Assembly (NCBI GenBank): GCA_965222375.1
Contig: CBDCTZ010000013.1
Span: forward strand, 256,001 to 320,000
DNA: 64,000 nt
Origin: Polyangiaceae bacterium
GTDB lineage: Bacteria; Myxococcota_A; Polyangia; Polyangiales; Polyangiaceae
Direction of reading: 5' to 3'
A program made the translations under genes and the position numbers. The notes under the pieces are model-generated. The model ran no database searches. It had not been told where the DNA came from and saw only the letters and a program-made list of their open reading frames with translations. This document shows positions 60,153 through 64,000 of this stretch, one piece after another; the first letter of the stretch is position 1, and each line of letters starts with the position of its first letter.

Positions 60153-61334
60153 CTAGGGCGACGGGGATGCTGCGATCACGACGACGGCGACGGGGTTCCA
60201 CCACTTGACCACGCCGAGGTTCAAAGAAGGTCCAAGGGCGACGACCGCATAGGAGCGACCATTCTTCACCTCGTTTAGGCCGGCGGCAGCGAGCGCCGTC
60301 GACCAACCGAAGCGATGAGTCACGACACCGCCCGGGGAAAGCGTGATCTCCGGATCCCCCAAGGGGAAGCCGAGTAAAGACTCATTCGTCTGCACATAAG
60401 GCACCTTGGGCTCCACGGCGCCGGACGGCACGTTGTAGGCGAAGGTGATGGAGGGCAGGCTGCTAGCGCCGGGGGGTTCACTCCCGATGCTGACGTCTTC
60501 TTCAATCACTCGCGCGTTAACTCCCTGCAGGCTCACTCGCTCGGGAGCTGTGATGCGTGACAGCCGCACGACGATCGGTCGCAGCGTGGGCTTGTCCGGC
60601 TTGTAGTCGACGCCACAGACGCTAGGGATTGCCACGTCATCGAGCCCGGGGCCGCCCATGCAGCCGATGGCTGCAAGCAGCGTGCTGTAGCCTGAATCCA
60701 GAGTCTTCTTGGGCAGGACGGGCAGAGCGAGAACTCTCAGTGGCGGCGGTTCGGGATCTGGGACATCCGCCGCTGCATCGCTGAGCGCGTCCGCGTCCGC
60801 GGCCGCGGCCGCCGCGTCGCCCGCGCCAGCATCCACACTGGCGTCGGTGCCAGCCTCGCTGCCTGCATCCGTCGCCGCGGCGGCTGCGGCGATCAAGGAC
60901 GCACAACTACCGCTCTTCAGCTCGCTTTCCGAGGCCGCGACGACAACGGGCTGCACGTCGTCTTTCGCCAAGTCCAACCCAGCAATGCTCGACGGCGAAA
61001 ATGCCGCGCCATAGGCAAGCCCCCCAGCCGGAAGCGGCATGCCTGTGGCGGCGCCGGGTATACCTGCCGCGACCGGAAGAAAGCAGAAGCCGATGCGCTT
61101 GGCGTCCGCCACGCCGTGCAAAAGCGTGACGATGCTCTCACCCACGGGTTCCACCGGGGCGTCCACGAGGACATCGAGGTATGAACCGTCCAGCCCCGCG
61201 TCCTGGCTGCCACCTCCGGTGCCCTCGCTGCCCCCACTGCCGCCGGGCTTTTTAGCCAGCACGCTGTGGTCCGTGCCGCAAGCCAGCGCGAGCGCTGCCA
61301 GGCCCAAGCCTACGATCCAGCGCGTGCAGCTCAT
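60153..61334 (-). CDS. hypothetical lipoprotein with DAG-rich linkers
   Basis: ALALAC lipobox, Gly/Ser and DA-rich low-complexity linkers. Confidence 0.75.
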   Translation of the reverse strand: MSCTRWIVGLGLAALALACGTDHSVLAKKPGGSGGSEGTGGGSQDAGLDGSYLDVLVDAPVEPVGESIVTLLHGVADAKRIGFCFLPVAAGIPGAATGMPLPAGGLAYGAAFSPSSIAGLDLAKDDVQPVVVAASESELKSGSCASLIAAAAAATDAGSEAGTDASVDAGAGDAAAAAADADALSDAAADVPDPEPPPLRVLALPVLPKKTLDSGYSTLLAAIGCMGGPGLDDVAIPSVCGVDYKPDKPTLRPIVVRLSRITAPERVSLQGVNARVIEEDVSIGSEPPGASSLPSITFAYNVPSGAVEPKVPYVQTNESLLGFPLGDPEITLSPGGVVTHRFGWSTALAAAGLNEVKNGRSYAVVALGPSLNLGVVKWWNPVAVVVIAASPSP

Positions 61335-61744
61335 CTGCAAGGTATGCCACGAGCCAGGGCCAGAGCGTAGGCCACTGTCTCTATCTGGATCTTTTCATTT
61401 AGTAATTTCAGCGCCTTATGAGCAAACCTTCGCCCGCCAGTTGACCGAAGTCGCCACCGGACCCAACACGGATGTAAGACACCACTTTGAAAGAGATGAC
61501 AGAGCACCACGGCAAGGGTGTGTTGCGGGCGGTGGGTCAGCACGAAGTCGGGCTACGGCCATCAAATCGTCGATTGGATCCCCCCCGACGGCATGGACAG
61601 CGTTTCCTCTCTGCACTGGGGGGTGCACCGCGGAATCGTGCGCACGCTGCAACAGGTCGATTCCGCCCTGTCCTGACGCCCGGTCCATCGCACTCTCGAA
61701 AGCTAGGGACCGCTCTCGCGCCAGCCTGTTAGGCTGCCGCTCAT

Positions 61745-62536
61745 ATGTTCGCGATCCGGGCAGGCGTTCGCCTCTACTTCGAGGTCCTTGGACCCAGCGC
61801 CGCTCCGCCGCTGTTGATGGTGCGTGGACTGGCCCGAACGGCGCGCCATTGGGGCAGCATCGTCGGACAACTCTCGGATCGCTTTCGCGTGGTCGTCTTC
61901 GACAACCGCGGCATCGGACGCAGCAGCATTCCCCTGCCGCCTTACAGCACCAACGCGATGGCGGATGATGCGGCAGCGGTCCTCGACGCCGCCGGCCTGG
62001 AGTCGGCCCATGTCTTCGGCGTATCCCTGGGCGGCATGATCGCGCAGAAGGTCGCCCTACGTCACCCAAAGCGCTTGCGCTCTTTGGTCCTGGGCTGCAC
62101 TCGCGCAGGGCGTGCAGCGCCCCGGTTGCCGATACCGGCCGTAGCCAGTCTCGTCAGCTCGATGCGACTGTCTCCGGAACGCGCGGTCGTGGAGACCGCG
62201 CCGTTGATCTTGTCTCGGAGCTTCATCGCGAAGAACCCACAAGTGCCACAACGTTGGGCCGAGCTGGCACGCTCGGAGCCGCCAACCCGTCGCGGAGTCT
62301 TCGGGCAGCTACTAGCCGCGGCGCGCCACGACGCCACACGCCGGCTCAAAGAGATCCGCGTGCCAGTGCTCGCAATCACCGGTGACGTCGACCGGCTGAT
62401 CCCGCCGGTTTGTTCCGAGGACCTCGTGCGGCGACTTCCCGACGCCCGCTTGGAGACCCTTCCCGGCGTCGGCCACGACTTTCCCACCGAAATGCCCCAA
62501 CGCACCGCCGAGCTCCTGGCCGATTTCTGCCGCTAG
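61745..62536 (+). CDS. alpha/beta-fold hydrolase
   Basis: FDNRGIGRS, GVSLGG nucleophile elbow, GDVD, GVGH. Confidence 0.92.
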   Translation: MFAIRAGVRLYFEVLGPSAAPPLLMVRGLARTARHWGSIVGQLSDRFRVVVFDNRGIGRSSIPLPPYSTNAMADDAAAVLDAAGLESAHVFGVSLGGMIAQKVALRHPKRLRSLVLGCTRAGRAAPRLPIPAVASLVSSMRLSPERAVVETAPLILSRSFIAKNPQVPQRWAELARSEPPTRRGVFGQLLAAARHDATRRLKEIRVPVLAITGDVDRLIPPVCSEDLVRRLPDARLETLPGVGHDFPTEMPQRTAELLADFCR

Positions 62537-62568
62537 CGCGTTGGGTTCCGACAGCAACTCGCCCGACG

Positions 62569-62593
62569 ACTTATATGCATGTTGCATATAAGT
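62569..62593. promoter_or_regulatory. perfect AT-rich inverted repeat (11-3-11)
   Basis: ACTTATATGCA-TGT-TGCATATAAGT between convergent genes. Confidence 0.6.
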
Positions 62594-62629
62594 GGGTTTG
62601 GGGTCGACGCGCTTCGTGACACCCGAAGG

Positions 62630-62780
62630 GGTGCGCCCTGGCGCGGGCGGGGGCTCTGCAGAGCGCGACGGTTTCCCCATCGCGATTCCACGGTGCGCCC
62701 TGGCGCGGGCGGGGGCTCTGGAGACGGTGCGTTTCGTCGGCGTTGAGCAGGCGGTGCGCCCCGGCGCGGGCGGGGGCTCT
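62630..62780. repeat. three 28-bp direct repeats with 34- and 33-bp spacers (CRISPR-like geometry)
   Basis: GGTGCGCCC(T/C)GGCGCGGGCGGGGGCTCT at 62630, 62692, 62753. Confidence 0.85.
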
Positions 62781-62890
62781 ACTCCCGCGCAGTCGCACGG
62801 GGGCGCGTCCGCGCGCGGAAGCGCGAGATTAGGGAGCCAGCGCCGCCCCAGCGCTCGACCCCAAAAAATATACATGAAGCAGCGGCGCCG

Positions 62891-64000
62891 CTATTTGGCG
62901 CCGACGAAGCGCGCAATGAGCGGGCCGTTGCCCTGGACGGCCGTGCGCTGCTGATACAGCGCCATGCCTCGCACGCCACCCAGCTCTTCGCCGCCACCAG
63001 CGCGTCCGGGGCCGCCGTGGTTGAGGATCGGCAAGACCAGGCCTGGCGGGATGGACTTGTCGGCGACCTTCTTGTCGACCACCACGAGGCGACCATGCCA
63101 AGGCGCTAGCTCGGTAACGAGCTCACCCAGGGCTTTGCGATCATCACCGTATATTGACGTCACCAGCCCGCCTTGTCCCTTGCGCACGATCTCCGTGGCG
63201 TGGGCGACGCTGCCGTCGTGAGGCAGGAGGGTGGCCACGGGGCCGAAGACTTCGTGCTCGTGCACGGCGCTGGCGTTTAGGGAGTCCTTGGCCTCCAGCA
63301 AAAGCGGCGCAACGAAGAAGCCCTTGCCAGCCGGCACGCCCTTGGGCTCGAGCTTGTCGCGATCACCCCAGGCAACGCTGGTGCAGCCGAGTAACTTGTC
63401 GATACCGGCGTTGGCGTCGTTCTGCTGCGCCTGGGTTGCAACGGGCCCGACCCGCACGTCCGGCAGCGAGGGATCACCCACTACGCTGCGAGCCAGCTCC
63501 GCGCCGAGCATCTCCCGTACGCGCTCCATCTCACTCTCGGGCACCAAGATGCGCCGAATGGCCGTGCACTTCTGTCCCGTCTTCTGGGTCATGTCCCGAT
63601 GCACGTCCCGAATGAAACAGGCCAGGGTTGCATCGTCCGCATCCGGCAGAAGTACCGCGGCGTTCAAGCTGTCCGCCTCGATGTTGACGCGAACGCCCTC
63701 GCGCAGCACGGCTTCGCCGCTGCGGATCGTGAGCCCAGTGGAGCTGCCGCCGGTGAAGGCAACGACGTCTTGCCACCCCAAGTGGTCGGTGAGATCCCGG
63801 GCAGAGCCGCAGACCAAGGAGAAGACTCCGTCGGGCAAGATCCCAGCTTCGACGACGATCTCGGCAGTGCGATGGGCGAGCCAGGCCGTTGCCGTCGCGG
63901 GCTTGGTCAGGATTGGCATTCCGGCCAACAACGCACAGGCGGCCTTTTCGGCCCAGCCCCAGGCGGGGAAGTTGAAGGCGCCGATGTGCACTGCGACGCC
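62891..64000 (-). CDS. PaaZ/BoxD-like aldehyde dehydrogenase (5' end outside window; no MaoC domain)
   Basis: [30 protein letters not shown] catalytic Cys, [24 protein letters not shown]. Confidence 0.9.
   Translation of the reverse strand, partial: GVAVHIGAFNFPAWGWAEKAACALLAGMPILTKPATATAWLAHRTAEIVVEAGILPDGVFSLVCGSARDLTDHLGWQDVVAFTGGSSTGLTIRSGEAVLREGVRVNIEADSLNAAVLLPDADDATLACFIRDVHRDMTQKTGQKCTAIRRILVPESEMERVREMLGAELARSVVGDPSLPDVRVGPVATQAQQNDANAGIDKLLGCTSVAWGDRDKLEPKGVPAGKGFFVAPLLLEAKDSLNASAVHEHEVFGPVATLLPHDGSVAHATEIVRKGQGGLVTSIYGDDRKALGELVTELAPWHGRLVVVDKKVADKSIPPGLVLPILNHGGPGRAGGGEELGGVRGMALYQQRTAVQGNGPLIARFVGAK

Noticed and set aside
61335..61744. Hidden gene or RNA in the 400-bp divergent intergenic region
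   Set aside because: No convincing ORF, tRNA fold or riboswitch motif recognised; TGGCATACCTTGCA near the gene start has wrong sigma54 spacing
62569..62593. dif (XerCD) site
   Set aside because: dif has 11-6-11 geometry with a TTATGTTAAAT-like XerD arm; this is a perfect 11-3-11 palindrome
62630..62780. Bona fide CRISPR array call
   Set aside because: Only three repeats, atypical repeat ends, no cas genes or clear leader in the window; kept as repeat and finding only

Overview
GC-rich bacterial chromosomal window, most likely Myxococcota (Polyangiales/Sorangiineae-like; inferred from giant TPR proteins, Ser/Thr-kinase fusion, sigma54 regulation and a GspC-N cluster). Core content: kinase-TPR giant protein, two divergent MFS/POT transporters, a complete type II secretion operon (gspC-D-E-F-G'-G-H-I-J-K-L-M-N, minus strand) with a clear sigma54 promoter, ppk2, an NtrC-type regulator/histidine kinase/bioA/ferredoxin unit, dnaX-recR-ridA, a ~3,780-aa TPR protein, hbd-crt, efp, an alpha/beta hydrolase and a partial PaaZ/BoxD-like aldehyde dehydrogenase. 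Most unusual parts: (1) an accessory island at ~9.2-12.7 kb with a protein made of five tandem plant-like AP2/ERF DNA-binding domains, followed by a duplicated AP2 domain fused to a WHH-type HNH nuclease tail and a translationally coupled candidate immunity gene; (2) a tiny SEC-C zinc-finger gene at 27.25-27.50 kb whose complete product seems to need repeated +1 frameshifts at Phe UUU codons; (3) a POT transporter with a zinc-ribbon insertion; (4) a CRISPR-like 28-bp mini array beside a perfect AT-rich palindrome. No rRNA, tRNA, cas or transposase genes were recognised. All family assignments are from motif recognition by eye, not database searches.
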